The notes below the pieces were generated by a model. That model was not told the origin of the DNA. It saw only the letters and a list, made by a program, of their open reading frames with translations, and made no database searches. From Candidatus Kerfeldbacteria bacterium (GTDB lineage: Bacteria > Patescibacteriota > Patescibacteriia > SBBC01 > CAIJZX01): 64,000 nt of DNA. The DNA lies in assembly GCA_016193315.1 (NCBI GenBank), contig JACPSJ010000001.1, positions 91,981 to 155,980 on the forward strand, written 5' to 3'. Below are positions 26,468 through 36,498 of this stretch, in pieces. Position numbers and translations under genes: made by a program. Every line of letters begins with the position of its first letter. Positions within the stretch are counted from its first letter, which is position 1.

Positions 26468-27215
26468 GCGCGATCATGAATTGACGCGGTTCTTTAGAAA
26501 TACTCCAAATGAGATCAAAGATACTGCGGAAGGCCTGGGAAATCGAAGGATCGGTGATCACGACCAGATAACGCCCGGCCATAGAATAAAGCCCGATGTT
26601 CTGTCCCCACATAGAAATATCAATGTCATATTTCATGTTCGGCGGCATGATCCGGATCCGGCGGTTTTTAGAGTTGTATTTTTTGGCATAGACGATATCG
26701 GCCGGGGTGGCAGTCACAATTTCCCAGGCTTGCTTGATTTCCCCCCGTCTGAGTTGTTGTTCGTAGGCAGCTAAGAGATCTCCGTACAGCTCAGTCAGAT
26801 TCTTTATATGGGAAATGAACCGATTCTCCGGGTGGTGGAACGTCGCCTCCATCCAGACTCTGCTGATATCTTCGACTCGATCGTAATAACGAATTTGCGG
26901 CTTGGTGCCGCCGCGATTTTCCAGGGCTCGTAACATCGGCAGTATTTCCAAGGCTACCTTTTCCTGCTGTTGGGCCGAGGCGAAGAGCTTCTGCGGTGAC
27001 TCAGGTATGTAGACGGTTTTCTTTCCCTCAAATGCTAAACCAGCCAGTTGTTTTCGCCGTAAAGATTCTAAGTCAAGATAGATGGTCGGTCGCTTCAGAC
27101 CGGTTTTTTTCGATAAGGACAGCGGCGTACCACGTCCCAGTTCAAGCAGGGAAGTGTAAATTCGTGCCTCGCGAGCCGTGAGACTGAGCTGGGCCAGAGC
27201 GTCATGGATATCCAT
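26445..27215 (-). CDS. TrmB-family transcriptional regulator (paralog of 5233..5982)
   Basis: 256 aa. N-terminal wHTH (LSLTAREARIYTSLLELGRGTPLSLSKKTGLKRPTIY). Confidence 0.6.
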   Translation of the reverse strand: MDIHDALAQLSLTAREARIYTSLLELGRGTPLSLSKKTGLKRPTIYLDLESLRRKQLAGLAFEGKKTVYIPESPQKLFASAQQQEKVALEILPMLRALENRGGTKPQIRYYDRVEDISRVWMEATFHHPENRFISHIKNLTELYGDLLAAYEQQLRRGEIKQAWEIVTATPADIVYAKKYNSKNRRIRIMPPNMKYDIDISMWGQNIGLYSMAGRYLVVITDPSISQAFRSIFDLIWSISKEPRQFMIAPKKPRTA

Positions 27216-27329
27216 ACATTGATGGTACCAGGTTACATGATAAGTGTCAAGAATTGTGACATAAATTGCGTAAGTTATGAAAAACAGCTATATATAAGGC
27301 AAAATTCATTATTTAGTAAGTGATTATTA

Positions 27330-27358
27330 TTGACAAAAGTGGAAAATTTCGCTATGAT
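27330..27358 (+). promoter_or_regulatory. consensus sigma70 promoter, TTGACA-17-TATGAT
   Basis: Located in the AT-rich divergent intergenic region between the TrmB-like gene (-) and the secreted-protein gene (+). Confidence 0.5.
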
Positions 27359-27436
27359 GGCCGGTTCTGAAGTGAAGAACCTCTGGCACATCAGCTTCCC
27401 ATAATATGGAGAATGACCTTTACAAAGGAGAAAAAC

Positions 27437-28051
27437 ATGCGGCGCCTTCTCGTCACTCTGGCCACGGCGGTTTTTGTTGGACCCACGGCTTATGCTGGTT
27501 CAACCACGGTCAGTCGACCGCTGACCGTCATCCGGGGTGATCTCGACACGAGCTTCAAAGGGACGCTGCTCCAGATCGTGGGCGATCGCTACGTCTGGGA
27601 TGTGATTTGGTCCAATCAAGGCTGGGGCGAAGTCGATCTCGGCCTGAACGTGACCAAGGGCACCTGGTATCTACAAAGCTTGCTCGGCGTGGACTTCATG
27701 CAGGGCGAGCACCACCGTACGATCTGCGGTTCGTTCTACCCGCAGCTCTACGCCATCCACTATGGTCGGGTGCATGCGGAATCGTGGTACGTCGGCGCGA
27801 TACCGTTCCATGGAGCAGCTTCAACGCTCCACTCCTTCCGCGAGCTGGCGGTTCAGCAGATTGGGCGCGCACCGCTGTGGTTAGGCGGACAGTACGATGC
27901 GGCCGCATCCCAGGGGTCGGCGCCCAGTCATTTTCTCGGGCCGCTGGTGGAGTATGAGTTTCTGAAGGACTGCCGCCTGGGCTTCACGGTTCAGCGGCAG
28001 ATCGGCGGGCCGCAGTCGAAGTTCTTGCTGACAATAGTCACTGTCAGATGA
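27437..28051 (+). CDS. hypothetical secreted protein (signal peptide)
   Basis: RBS AAAGGAG before the ATG at 27437. MRRLLVTLATAVFVGPTAYAGS is a signal peptide. No domain call. Confidence 0.5.
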   Translation: MRRLLVTLATAVFVGPTAYAGSTTVSRPLTVIRGDLDTSFKGTLLQIVGDRYVWDVIWSNQGWGEVDLGLNVTKGTWYLQSLLGVDFMQGEHHRTICGSFYPQLYAIHYGRVHAESWYVGAIPFHGAASTLHSFRELAVQQIGRAPLWLGGQYDAAASQGSAPSHFLGPLVEYEFLKDCRLGFTVQRQIGGPQSKFLLTIVTVR

Positions 28052-28062
28052 GGAGGGATGCG

Positions 28063-28482
28063 ATGAAGGCAACTAAGCTAATACTCCTGCTATCCGGGTG
28101 CGTCTTGACCGCGGCGGCAATCATGTGGCTAGCCCTGAGGATATGGGTCGCGCATGAAACTCGCATGGCGCATAGCCGCGACCAGGAGTTAGCAAGAACC
28201 TGTCGGCGAATCATGATTCAGGAAACTCTGGAGTTCTCGGTTCGCCACCTGACCACTGCCGATTCAACATACGTTTACCCACCACAGCCGCACAACTACT
28301 GGAAGGTGGGGCCCTCAGAAGTAAAGAGCGAATGGATGGAACTTATTGGGGGCGATAGCCCAGACGGTGTCAGACCTCGCACACACGGATGGCTCGACGA
28401 GAAAAAAAGAATACTCTTTCTCAACGAGCCAGGGTATTACGAAAAGTTCATCGTCAGGGTTAAGGATCCTCCATGCTATTAG
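28063..28482 (+). CDS. hypothetical lipoprotein (lipobox LLSGC)
   Basis: RBS GAGGAGGG. MKATKLILLLSGC is a lipoprotein signal. Followed by the terminator at 28508. Confidence 0.5.
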   Translation: MKATKLILLLSGCVLTAAAIMWLALRIWVAHETRMAHSRDQELARTCRRIMIQETLEFSVRHLTTADSTYVYPPQPHNYWKVGPSEVKSEWMELIGGDSPDGVRPRTHGWLDEKKRILFLNEPGYYEKFIVRVKDPPCY

Positions 28483-28507
28483 CAAAATGCCAAGGCACGT
28501 TGAAAGT

Positions 28508-28535
28508 TCCAGCTCCTATACGGAGCTGGTTTTTT
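28508..28535 (+). terminator. rho-independent terminator
   Basis: CCAGCTCC-TATAC-GGAGCTGG followed by TTTTTTT. Confidence 0.6.
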
Positions 28536-28552
28536 TCATTGCGCAAGATTTT

Positions 28553-29431
28553 CTAGAGATTGGCCGCAAAGAATTTTAACAACCTTTGGCGATACTCTGG
28601 ATCCAACTCCCCATGCGTCAGGTGTTGGGGGAACCAGAATTCAGCCTGGGCATTGTGGCGGAGTGCCGTTTGCAGGCGGCGGGCATGATCGAAGGGGATA
28701 ACCTCGTCGCGCTGGGAGTGGATGAGGAGAACTGGTTTAGTCAGACTCTTGGCGGCCCGAAGCGGTGATCTGACGGCTGGGTCAACTTCAAGGAAAACAC
28801 TGGCGTATCTGGCGGTCAGCCAGCCGAGCGGATACTTCAGAATCGGAAAACGGTAGAGCGCGTGGGCTAGGAGATCAAGCCGGGCGTAACTCGAATCCGC
28901 CACCGCGGCTTTGATCTCCGGCGACCGCGGCGCGATCATCAAGGCCACCGCCCCACCCATGGAGAACCCCCAGACGCCGACTTGGTCGATGCCACGCTGC
29001 CGGAGATAACGGATGGCCGCCACTAGATCTTCGGTTTCCCGCAGGCCGACCGTAGAAATGGCCCGTTCGCTTTGCCCCAGGCCGCGGAAATCAAAAAGCA
29101 GGAGGGCATACTGATCATGAAGAAACGCCAGAGACGGCAGGATGTCACCCTTGTCAGCTGGATAGCCATGGAGTCCGATGATCGTTTTGGGCTGGGTTCC
29201 CTCGCGGCCTGGGATGAACCAGCCGCGGAGCGTCAGTCCGTCGGCCGTGGCAAAGCTGACGTCTTCATAGTCCAGCCCCAGGTCCCGGGGCGTGCCGGTG
29301 GAGATAATTTTCTCCGGATGCGTGGCCGTGTATAGCCCGAGCAGGGGAATGACCACGAGCAAGAAAACAATAACGACTACGGTCACCAGCCAGGGATTGA
29401 GCGGTGTGGTCGTCGGCGAAAAAGCGGCCAT
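28553..29431 (-). CDS. membrane-anchored alpha/beta-hydrolase
   Basis: 292 aa. N-terminal TM; GxSxG nucleophile elbow (GFSMGG). Confidence 0.75.
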   Translation of the reverse strand: MAAFSPTTTPLNPWLVTVVVIVFLLVVIPLLGLYTATHPEKIISTGTPRDLGLDYEDVSFATADGLTLRGWFIPGREGTQPKTIIGLHGYPADKGDILPSLAFLHDQYALLLFDFRGLGQSERAISTVGLRETEDLVAAIRYLRQRGIDQVGVWGFSMGGAVALMIAPRSPEIKAAVADSSYARLDLLAHALYRFPILKYPLGWLTARYASVFLEVDPAVRSPLRAAKSLTKPVLLIHSQRDEVIPFDHARRLQTALRHNAQAEFWFPQHLTHGELDPEYRQRLLKFFAANL

Positions 29432-29481
29432 CGTTTCTGATGGTACACCAATTGGCGCGATTAGCTAGAATCGGCCAGGGT

Positions 29482-29602
29482 TGACCCCGTTAGAAGCGGC
29501 TGAGATAAGCTTATGACCAAAAGTCCAATTTTTTTTAAACAACCTGCTTCATCCACAAAAGCTACGACCTATTCCGCTTCTAACGGGATAACGGGGTTGA
29601 CT
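29482..29602. repeat. inverted-repeat pair GTTGACCCCGTTAGAAGCGG ... CCGCTTCTAACGGG(ATAA)CGGGGTTGAC flanking ~75 bp of AT-rich DNA
   Basis: Same terminal motif as at 18218-18331. The right arm ends in TTGACT, which can serve as the -35 for the downstream gene. Confidence 0.4.
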
Positions 29603-29688
29603 TCATCACGCGTTCCAGCTAGGTTCCCGTTACTGTCACGGAGGGACAGCCGCACTTTCCAGTTGAACAATCCAAGAAAGGAGACGTT

Positions 29689-30858
29689 GTGGACGAACCG
29701 AAAGGCAGATTGCGCTCGGTTGACCCGCCACCAATCACTGGCCGCGAATCAACCACCGACCTTATCCGTCAGGCGATGGCGGCCGGGATCGGCCGCCAGT
29801 TCCGCGATTTCGTGGCCAGTCTCCAACTGTCGATCGATGAGGATCACACTCTGGTCTGGTCACTGGCCGGGATTGTATCAGTGGCTGGCTACACCCGCTC
29901 GTGTCTCATTCCGCTGATGCGGCGCGGGCTTATCCACGCCATCTCGACTACCGACGCCGTCGCCTATCATGATCTGCAAGGTTGGTGGCCGCGGTTCATG
30001 CCCGAGGCGGCCGAGGTCAAGCCCGGCGTGCCGGAGTTTTTCGAAGTTGACTCACGCGGCGACGATCGGGCGTATGCGGCCGACGGCATCGTCCGCGTTT
30101 ACGACATCGGCTTCGACGAAGGCCAGGGCTTGCTCGGGACCGACCGCGCGTTGATGCAGTTTGTGGAGAGGAACCGTGCTCTGCGAACAAACCTGACAAC
30201 CGCCGAGTTCTTCTGGCGTCTCGGTCAGGCCATGAAAGAAGTCGAGCTGGCCAATGGTCACGATCCGGCGGACAGCCCGAGTCTCCTGGTTCAGGCCCAT
30301 GTCCACCAGGTGCCGATTTTCTGCGGCGCGTTCTGGGATGGGTCGATCGGGCTCAACCTGGCTCGGTTCAACCTGTTCAATCCGCCGGGCCAGCAGGTGG
30401 TCATCGAGGGTGATCGTGATGTCCATCAGTTTGCCAGCCTGATGCATCAGACGATTGCAGTCGAAGGCCGCGGCATGACACTCGTCATCATGGGTGGCGG
30501 CGTCCCGAAGAACTACAGTCTGCAGATCGGTCCGTACCTGACCCAGATCTGCGGCTTGTCGGATGAGCTGCGGTACACGGCCGAACTTCAGATCTGCGAT
30601 GCGCCGGTGGACAATATGTCGCTGTCCTCGGCGCCGGCAGTCGAAGCTCTGACCTGGGGCAAGGTCCTCGAACGCACCCTGCCGCGAAACGTCTACGTTC
30701 GGGCTGACTGGTCGGTGTTGCTGCCAGTCTTGACTCAATCGCTGCTCGAGCAGGGGCGGCAGCTACCGGGTCGTCAGCTGTTCTTTACCCGTGAAGGCGC
30801 CCGCCAGGCGCTTGATCGGGCCATTCGTGAACGCGCCGAGGTTTCAGCCCCGGCCTAA
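29689..30858 (+). CDS. deoxyhypusine synthase family protein (DHS-like / homospermidine synthase-like)
   Basis: 389 aa. GTG start with RBS AAAGGAG. MGGGVPKN matches the DHS GGGxxK active-site region. Confidence 0.65.
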   Translation: MDEPKGRLRSVDPPPITGRESTTDLIRQAMAAGIGRQFRDFVASLQLSIDEDHTLVWSLAGIVSVAGYTRSCLIPLMRRGLIHAISTTDAVAYHDLQGWWPRFMPEAAEVKPGVPEFFEVDSRGDDRAYAADGIVRVYDIGFDEGQGLLGTDRALMQFVERNRALRTNLTTAEFFWRLGQAMKEVELANGHDPADSPSLLVQAHVHQVPIFCGAFWDGSIGLNLARFNLFNPPGQQVVIEGDRDVHQFASLMHQTIAVEGRGMTLVIMGGGVPKNYSLQIGPYLTQICGLSDELRYTAELQICDAPVDNMSLSSAPAVEALTWGKVLERTLPRNVYVRADWSVLLPVLTQSLLEQGRQLPGRQLFFTREGARQALDRAIRERAEVSAPA

Positions 30859-30977
30859 CACCCGCTCAGCCGAGTGGGTTTTTTCTACTCCAACCTTTGA
30901 CACTTCCCGATGGTGATGCTAGGATTCGTTATACCCAGTTCTTGACTGAACTGGTTTGTTTCACTGTCGCAAAGCCA

Positions 30978-32366
30978 ATGGCTCAATCTTCCCCACTCAA
31001 ACAAGCGATTGAGGAAATCTGCGAAGAGAAAAACATTCCCTACGACTCGGTCATTGAAACGATTGCCGCGGCTTTGGCCGTCGCGTATCGGAAAGACTTC
31101 GGCGAGAAAAACCAGAACATCGTGGTTGAATTCAAACCCGAGGATGGGACCAGCCGCGTTTTTGATGTCAAGAACGTAGTGGATGACAAGTTGTACGATG
31201 AGTTTTTGGCCGAACAGAAACTTCGCGAGCAAGCCGAAGCCGAAGATAAGCTGGCAGAATATCTCGAGCAGAAACGGCACGAGGAAGAGGCGAAGCGAAA
31301 TGAACTCGGCATCGCCGAAGGGCAGCCGATTCCGGAGGCGCTCCGCGATGAACGGTTTGATCCCAAAAAACATCTCAGCCAGACCGAAGCACAGAAACTT
31401 GATGTGGCATACAAAGTGGGTGATGAGATTCGGACCGAGCTTTTCCCGCCGGCGGCCTACGGGCGGATGGCCGCCCAGACCGCCAAGCAGGTCATCATTC
31501 AGCGCATCCGCGAAGCCGAACGCGACATCGTTTACAAAGAGTTCAAAGGCCGGGAGGGCGAAGTGGTGACCGCCATGGTCCAACGGGTCGAGGGACGAAT
31601 GGTGCTGATTGATCTCGGCCGTGCCACGGCCATCATGCCGCCGCCGGAGCAGATTCAACGCGAACATTATCGACCTGGCGACCGATTGAAGGTCTTTATC
31701 GCGGCCGTGGCCATGACGCCGAAAGGACCGGAGATTGTTGTTTCACGCAGTCATCCGGAGTTGGTCCGCAAACTCTTCACCGTGGAAGTGCCGGAGCTGC
31801 AAAGCGAATCAGTAGCAATCAAGGGCATTGCCCGCGAAGCCGGGCTGCGGACGAAGATCGCCGTCTGGTCGGAAGCGAAGAACATCGATCCGGTTGGGTC
31901 ACTCGTTGGCCAGCGCGGTACCCGCGTCCAAACGGTCATTTCCGAGCTCGGCGGCGAGAAAATCGATATCATTGAATGGAGTGATGACCCGGTCAAGTTC
32001 ATCAATAATGCTTTGTCACCGGCCAAGGTGATCTCCATTAAACTTGACCAGGACAGCCGGGCCGCAGTGGCGGAAGTCAAAGACGACCAGTTAAGCTTAG
32101 CCATCGGCAAGGCCGGTCAGAACGTCCGCCTGGCCGCCAAATTGAGCGGCTGGAAAATTGATTTGGTCGGCGAGAGCGGCGAGACGCCGAGGAGCGAACA
32201 ACCACCGACGGGAGCTGAGGCGACGGAAACGACCGGGACCGCTGCCACTTCACCTACCGGTGAGGCACCCGGAACGCCGCCCACCGAGGTTGCGCCCGTC
32301 CCCGAAGCTCCAGCCGAACCGCCGGCCCAGCCCGCCGAACAACCGCCACCAAGCGCGGCCACCTGA
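30978..32366 (+). CDS. nusA: transcription termination/antitermination factor NusA with an acidic/Pro-rich C-terminal tail
   Basis: ORF track 30897..32366. The internal ATG at 30978 gives a canonical NusA N-terminal domain. S1 and two KH domains are present (GQRGTRVQ, LAIGKAGQNVRLA). Confidence 0.85.
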   Translation: MAQSSPLKQAIEEICEEKNIPYDSVIETIAAALAVAYRKDFGEKNQNIVVEFKPEDGTSRVFDVKNVVDDKLYDEFLAEQKLREQAEAEDKLAEYLEQKRHEEEAKRNELGIAEGQPIPEALRDERFDPKKHLSQTEAQKLDVAYKVGDEIRTELFPPAAYGRMAAQTAKQVIIQRIREAERDIVYKEFKGREGEVVTAMVQRVEGRMVLIDLGRATAIMPPPEQIQREHYRPGDRLKVFIAAVAMTPKGPEIVVSRSHPELVRKLFTVEVPELQSESVAIKGIAREAGLRTKIAVWSEAKNIDPVGSLVGQRGTRVQTVISELGGEKIDIIEWSDDPVKFINNALSPAKVISIKLDQDSRAAVAEVKDDQLSLAIGKAGQNVRLAAKLSGWKIDLVGESGETPRSEQPPTGAEATETTGTAATSPTGEAPGTPPTEVAPVPEAPAEPPAQPAEQPPPSAAT

Positions 32367-32389
32367 TAACTCTTATTCCTCAGACGACT

Positions 32390-34459
32390 ATGGGATTTCT
32401 TTACTTCGCCTTGGTCATCAGTGTCCTGGGGTTGTTCATGACCTGGATTCTGGCCCGAGTCGTCGGCCGGCAGGCGGCGGCCAGCGCCGCCATGGAAAAG
32501 GTGGCGGCGGCCATACGATCCGGGGCCGCGGCTTTTCTCAAACGCCAGTACACGACCATCAGCTGGATCGCCCTGGCAGTGGCCGCAGTTATTCTGCTCG
32601 CCTATCTGGCCAATGGCAAACCCTTGGTTGCCTGGCAGACTTCGATCTCGTTTTTGATCGGCGCGGCCGCGTCGGGCCTGGCCGGATACATGGGCATGTT
32701 CGTTTCCGTCCGGGCCAACGCCAAGGTGGCGGCCGCGGCCGATCGCCGCGATCTCAACAAAGCCCTGACCATTGCTCTACGGGGCGGGGCGGTCGAAGGC
32801 ATGCTCGTTTCGTCGTTGACGCTACTCGGCTTGGCCGCCCTGTTTTTGGTCTATTCGCAGTGGCTGCATTTCGACCCCCGCGCCATCCCCAGCGCCATCA
32901 TCGGTTTCGGGTTTGGCGCTTCGCTGGTCGCCCTTTTTGCCCAACTCGGCGGCGGCATTTACACCAAGGCGGCTGATGTCGGCGCCGATTTGGTAGGCAA
33001 AGTCGAAGCCGGCATCCCCGAAGACGATCCACGTAACCCGGCGGTCATTGCCGACTTGGTTGGGGATAACGTTGGCGATTGCGCTGGCCGCGGCGCTGAT
33101 TTGTTCGAGTCAACGGCTGCGGAAAACCTCGGCGCCATGATTCTCGGCGTGGCCCTGTTCCCGGCCTTTGGTTTGCCAGGCATCCTCTTCCCGCTGGTGG
33201 CCCAAGCTATCGGCATGATCGCTTCAGGCACGGCCGTCCTCACCGTCAGGGTCAAGAACAATGAGGATCCGATGAAGGCGCTCAATCGAGGTTTCTACCT
33301 GGCGGCTTTGCTCGGCGCCGTCGGCCTGTACGTCGTCACCCAGCTCATGCTCGGTGACCAGGCGCTGTGGTTCTTTGCCGCCGGCCTCGTTGGGATCGCC
33401 ATGAGCATCGTTTTCCTATTCTTGACGCAGTACTACACCGACCATGCCTATCGGCCAGTGAAAGACATCGCCCGCGCCAGCGAAACTGGTCCGGCCACCA
33501 CGATTATTTCTGGGCTGTCGGTCGGTTTTGAAAACGTGGCGCCGGCAGTGCTGGCCATTGGCGGGGCCTTGTGGGGCGCTTTCTCTCTTGGTGAGGCCAG
33601 TGGCCTAGAACACGGCGGTTTGTATGGCACGGCCGTGGCCACCATCGGCATGCTCATGACTGCCATGTATGTGTTGGCCATGGACACCTTCGGTCCGATC
33701 ACCGACAACGCCGGCGGGATAGTGGAAATGGCAAATGCCTCGGAAGAAACGCGGAAAATCACTGATCGACTCGATGCAGTTGGCAACACGACTAAAGCGT
33801 TGACCAAAGGCTACGCTGTTGGATCTGCCGCACTGGCTGCCTTTTTACTTTTTACTGCTTACCTCGAACAAGTCCACATCACCGTCGTCGACCTAGCTAA
33901 CATTAAAGTATTCATCGGTGCCTTCGTTGGTGCGATGCTGGTCTTCCTGTTCTCCAGTTCAGCCATGCGCGCCGTGGGTCGGACCGCGGGTTACATCATC
34001 GAGGAAGTCCGCCGACAGTTTCGGGACCAGCCGGGCATCATGGCCGGGACTGAGCAGCCTGACTACGGTCGAGCCGTTGACATCACCACCCGGGGGGCGC
34101 TGCGGAACATGGTGCTGCCAGGAACGATGGCTGTAGTGGTACCGATTCTTGTCGGTCTCATTCTCCGCGCCGAAGCCGCGGCTGGAATGCTGATGGTCGG
34201 CACCATCACCGGCGTCATCATGGCCCTGGTGATGAACAACGCTGGCGGCGCCTGGGATAATGCCAAGAAATTCATCGAATCCGGCGAGTTCAAAGACAGT
34301 CACGGCGTAGTCCAAGGCAAGAAGACTCCGGTTCATGCGGCGGCCGTGGTTGGCGATACCGTCGGTGATCCGTTTAAGGATACGGCCGGGCCGAGCTTGC
34401 ACGTGCTGATTAAATTGTTGGCGACACTGACCTTGGTCCTGGCGCCGCTGTTTACTTAA
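32390..34459 (+). CDS. hppA: membrane-bound proton-translocating pyrophosphatase (K+-independent type, Lys in GNTTKA)
   Basis: 689 aa. Multiple TM helices; signature GDNVGDCAGRGADLFES. Confidence 0.9.
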   Translation: MGFLYFALVISVLGLFMTWILARVVGRQAAASAAMEKVAAAIRSGAAAFLKRQYTTISWIALAVAAVILLAYLANGKPLVAWQTSISFLIGAAASGLAGYMGMFVSVRANAKVAAAADRRDLNKALTIALRGGAVEGMLVSSLTLLGLAALFLVYSQWLHFDPRAIPSAIIGFGFGASLVALFAQLGGGIYTKAADVGADLVGKVEAGIPEDDPRNPAVIADLVGDNVGDCAGRGADLFESTAAENLGAMILGVALFPAFGLPGILFPLVAQAIGMIASGTAVLTVRVKNNEDPMKALNRGFYLAALLGAVGLYVVTQLMLGDQALWFFAAGLVGIAMSIVFLFLTQYYTDHAYRPVKDIARASETGPATTIISGLSVGFENVAPAVLAIGGALWGAFSLGEASGLEHGGLYGTAVATIGMLMTAMYVLAMDTFGPITDNAGGIVEMANASEETRKITDRLDAVGNTTKALTKGYAVGSAALAAFLLFTAYLEQVHITVVDLANIKVFIGAFVGAMLVFLFSSSAMRAVGRTAGYIIEEVRRQFRDQPGIMAGTEQPDYGRAVDITTRGALRNMVLPGTMAVVVPILVGLILRAEAAAGMLMVGTITGVIMALVMNNAGGAWDNAKKFIESGEFKDSHGVVQGKKTPVHAAAVVGDTVGDPFKDTAGPSLHVLIKLLATLTLVLAPLFT

Positions 34460-34479
34460 CCCTGTGCTGGGTCTGTTTC

Positions 34480-35112
34480 ATGACGAGAAAAAATGATCCG
34501 TACAAACAAACAATCAACGTTTACGCCGAGCTTGGCGATACTTACCTCCGCGACATTGCTCACGCCGCCCCTCAGGAAATTGGCCAGTTTGCCCGCCTGA
34601 TCCGGAAACAGGGTCGGGTACTTGATGTGGGATGCGCCGGCGGTCGTGATTCGGCATTTTTCGTCAACCGCAGGTTTCGAGTCATCGGTATTGACTTGGT
34701 TGACAAATTCTTGCGCTTTGCAAGGAAAAAAGTGCCCGGTGCAACATTCAAGAGAATGGATGTTCGGCGACTCCGTTTTCGCCCCAACACGTTTGATGCC
34801 ATTTGGGCTAACGCGGTCCTCCTGCACCTCCATAAAAAAGACGTCCGGCAGGTCTTAAAGAAATTTTTTGTTATACTCAGGTTAAATGGGAAGCTGCACC
34901 TCCGTGTCAAACAGGGCCGAGGTCAACAGTACGGCCAAACGCGGGAACCCCTGGTCCAAGGAAAGCGTAGGTTGTTCACGTACTTTCAGCTCAAGGAGTT
35001 AGTCAAGTACGTAACGCAAGCAGGTTTTCAAATTCTCCGTTCAAAAATCTACCCCGATAACCTGGGGCGTCAAGATGTGAGGTGGGTCAGTATTTGGGCG
35101 GAAAAGCACTAG
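34480..35112 (+). CDS. class I SAM-dependent methyltransferase
   Basis: 210 aa. Motif I VLDVGCAGGRDS. Confidence 0.7.
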   Translation: MTRKNDPYKQTINVYAELGDTYLRDIAHAAPQEIGQFARLIRKQGRVLDVGCAGGRDSAFFVNRRFRVIGIDLVDKFLRFARKKVPGATFKRMDVRRLRFRPNTFDAIWANAVLLHLHKKDVRQVLKKFFVILRLNGKLHLRVKQGRGQQYGQTREPLVQGKRRLFTYFQLKELVKYVTQAGFQILRSKIYPDNLGRQDVRWVSIWAEKH

Positions 35113-35190
35113 GATGTTTTTTACCGCACGGCCAGTCCTGGTCCGTATCATCGAGTCGCTTTCAGACAACCGGCCTGGTTTATCAACACG

Positions 35191-35892
35191 ATGAAGAACG
35201 GTGATCAACATCTGATCGGCAAACACCTCCTCGTCTGCGCGGCTCATCCAGACGACGAGAGCTTTTGCGCCAGCGGCACCTTGATGAAAAACCGGCGGGC
35301 CGGCGGTACGACCACCGTCGTTTGCGCTACCGCCGGTGAAAAGGGAATGTCGCACCTCAGGCGCCCGGTCACGCCGGCAGCATTGAAGCAGATCAGGATT
35401 CGTGAACTACGCGGTGTGTGTCGGTATCTCGGCGTTCGCTCACTTCACGTCCTCAATTACCCTGACGGCGGGCTGACGAAACATCTCAACGGCATCGCCC
35501 AGAAACTACTGGCTGTGGCCCGAAAGGTCAAGCCGGACGCGCTGGTAGGGTTCGGCCCGGACGGCTGGACCGGCCACCGCGACCACGCCACCATGTTCCG
35601 CGCCGGGCGAAGAGTAGCCAGCCGGCTCAAGTTGCCCTACTTCGCTTTTTGTATTCCCCCGCTAGTGGCCGCAGACATGAAAAAGTGGATGCTCACCCGC
35701 CGCCGCTCGCCGCACTATCATCGACACGTGACTAACAATTTGCCAACCGTGCGGGTAGCCATCAGGGGAGCCGACAAGATCCGTGCTCTCCGTTTCCACG
35801 CTTCACAGCTCGATGGCCGTCACCCCTTCACCGGCATCCCCAAACACCTGGCCGAAGCTACGTTGCGGGCCGAGTACTTTGCGGAGTGGTGA
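35191..35892 (+). CDS. PIG-L/LmbE family N-acetylglucosaminyl deacetylase
   Basis: 233 aa. HPDDE motif (AAHPDDESF). Confidence 0.75.
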   Translation: MKNGDQHLIGKHLLVCAAHPDDESFCASGTLMKNRRAGGTTTVVCATAGEKGMSHLRRPVTPAALKQIRIRELRGVCRYLGVRSLHVLNYPDGGLTKHLNGIAQKLLAVARKVKPDALVGFGPDGWTGHRDHATMFRAGRRVASRLKLPYFAFCIPPLVAADMKKWMLTRRRSPHYHRHVTNNLPTVRVAIRGADKIRALRFHASQLDGRHPFTGIPKHLAEATLRAEYFAEW

Positions 35893-36017
35893 TTTTCTGT
35901 TGACCGACCCACTCGTAACTCCGCCACCACCCCGCGAATCTCGCTCCGCTCGCTTCGTCCCCCTCCTGAATTCAGGAGGGGGGCGCCGTTGAGCGATGGC
36001 GAAACGGCGCGGGGTGG

Positions 36018-36386
36018 TCAGAGCGCTATACCAGTCACCACCTGATGCAATCTCTCGAGCACGTTATCCAACTCGTTCATGACCTCACTGTTGGTGAACC
36101 GGATGACGGTAATATCGAGGGATTCGAGAAACCGCTGTCGGTACAGGTCGTAGCGCTGGCGACGATGTTCATAGTGCTGTCCGCCGTCGATCTCGATCGC
36201 CAAACGGTAGGACGGGCAATAAAAATCGATAATGTATCGGCCGATACCGTGCTGTCGACGGAACTTCAAACCATTGAATTGCTTCTTCCGCAAATAATGC
36301 CAAAGGCGGAGTTCAGCTTCAGTCGCCGAATTCCGTAATTGTTGGCGCAGTCTTTTGTAATACTGGAAATTATACAAAACGGGCAT
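36018..36386 (-). CDS. DUF559 domain protein (Vsr-like endonuclease fold)
   Basis: 122 aa. YIIDFYCPSYRLAIEIDGGQH is the typical DUF559 core. Confidence 0.7.
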   Translation of the reverse strand: MPVLYNFQYYKRLRQQLRNSATEAELRLWHYLRKKQFNGLKFRRQHGIGRYIIDFYCPSYRLAIEIDGGQHYEHRRQRYDLYRQRFLESLDITVIRFTNSEVMNELDNVLERLHQVVTGIAL

Positions 36387-36498
36387 GGATTCTTGGCTGC
36401 CATGCCACCCTGGTTAGGATAATAGTTTTTCGATATTCGTCAAGAAACCGTGAAGCTTTTGTCGACGGGCCGGAGGACGGAAAAAGAAAACAGCCGCG

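Noticed and set aside
30885-31667. 260-aa minus ORF
   Set aside because: Antisense to nusA.
32158-32976. 272-aa Arg/Pro-rich + strand ORF spanning the nusA 3' end and hppA 5' end
   Set aside because: Out-of-frame with two confidently called genes, and has absurd composition.
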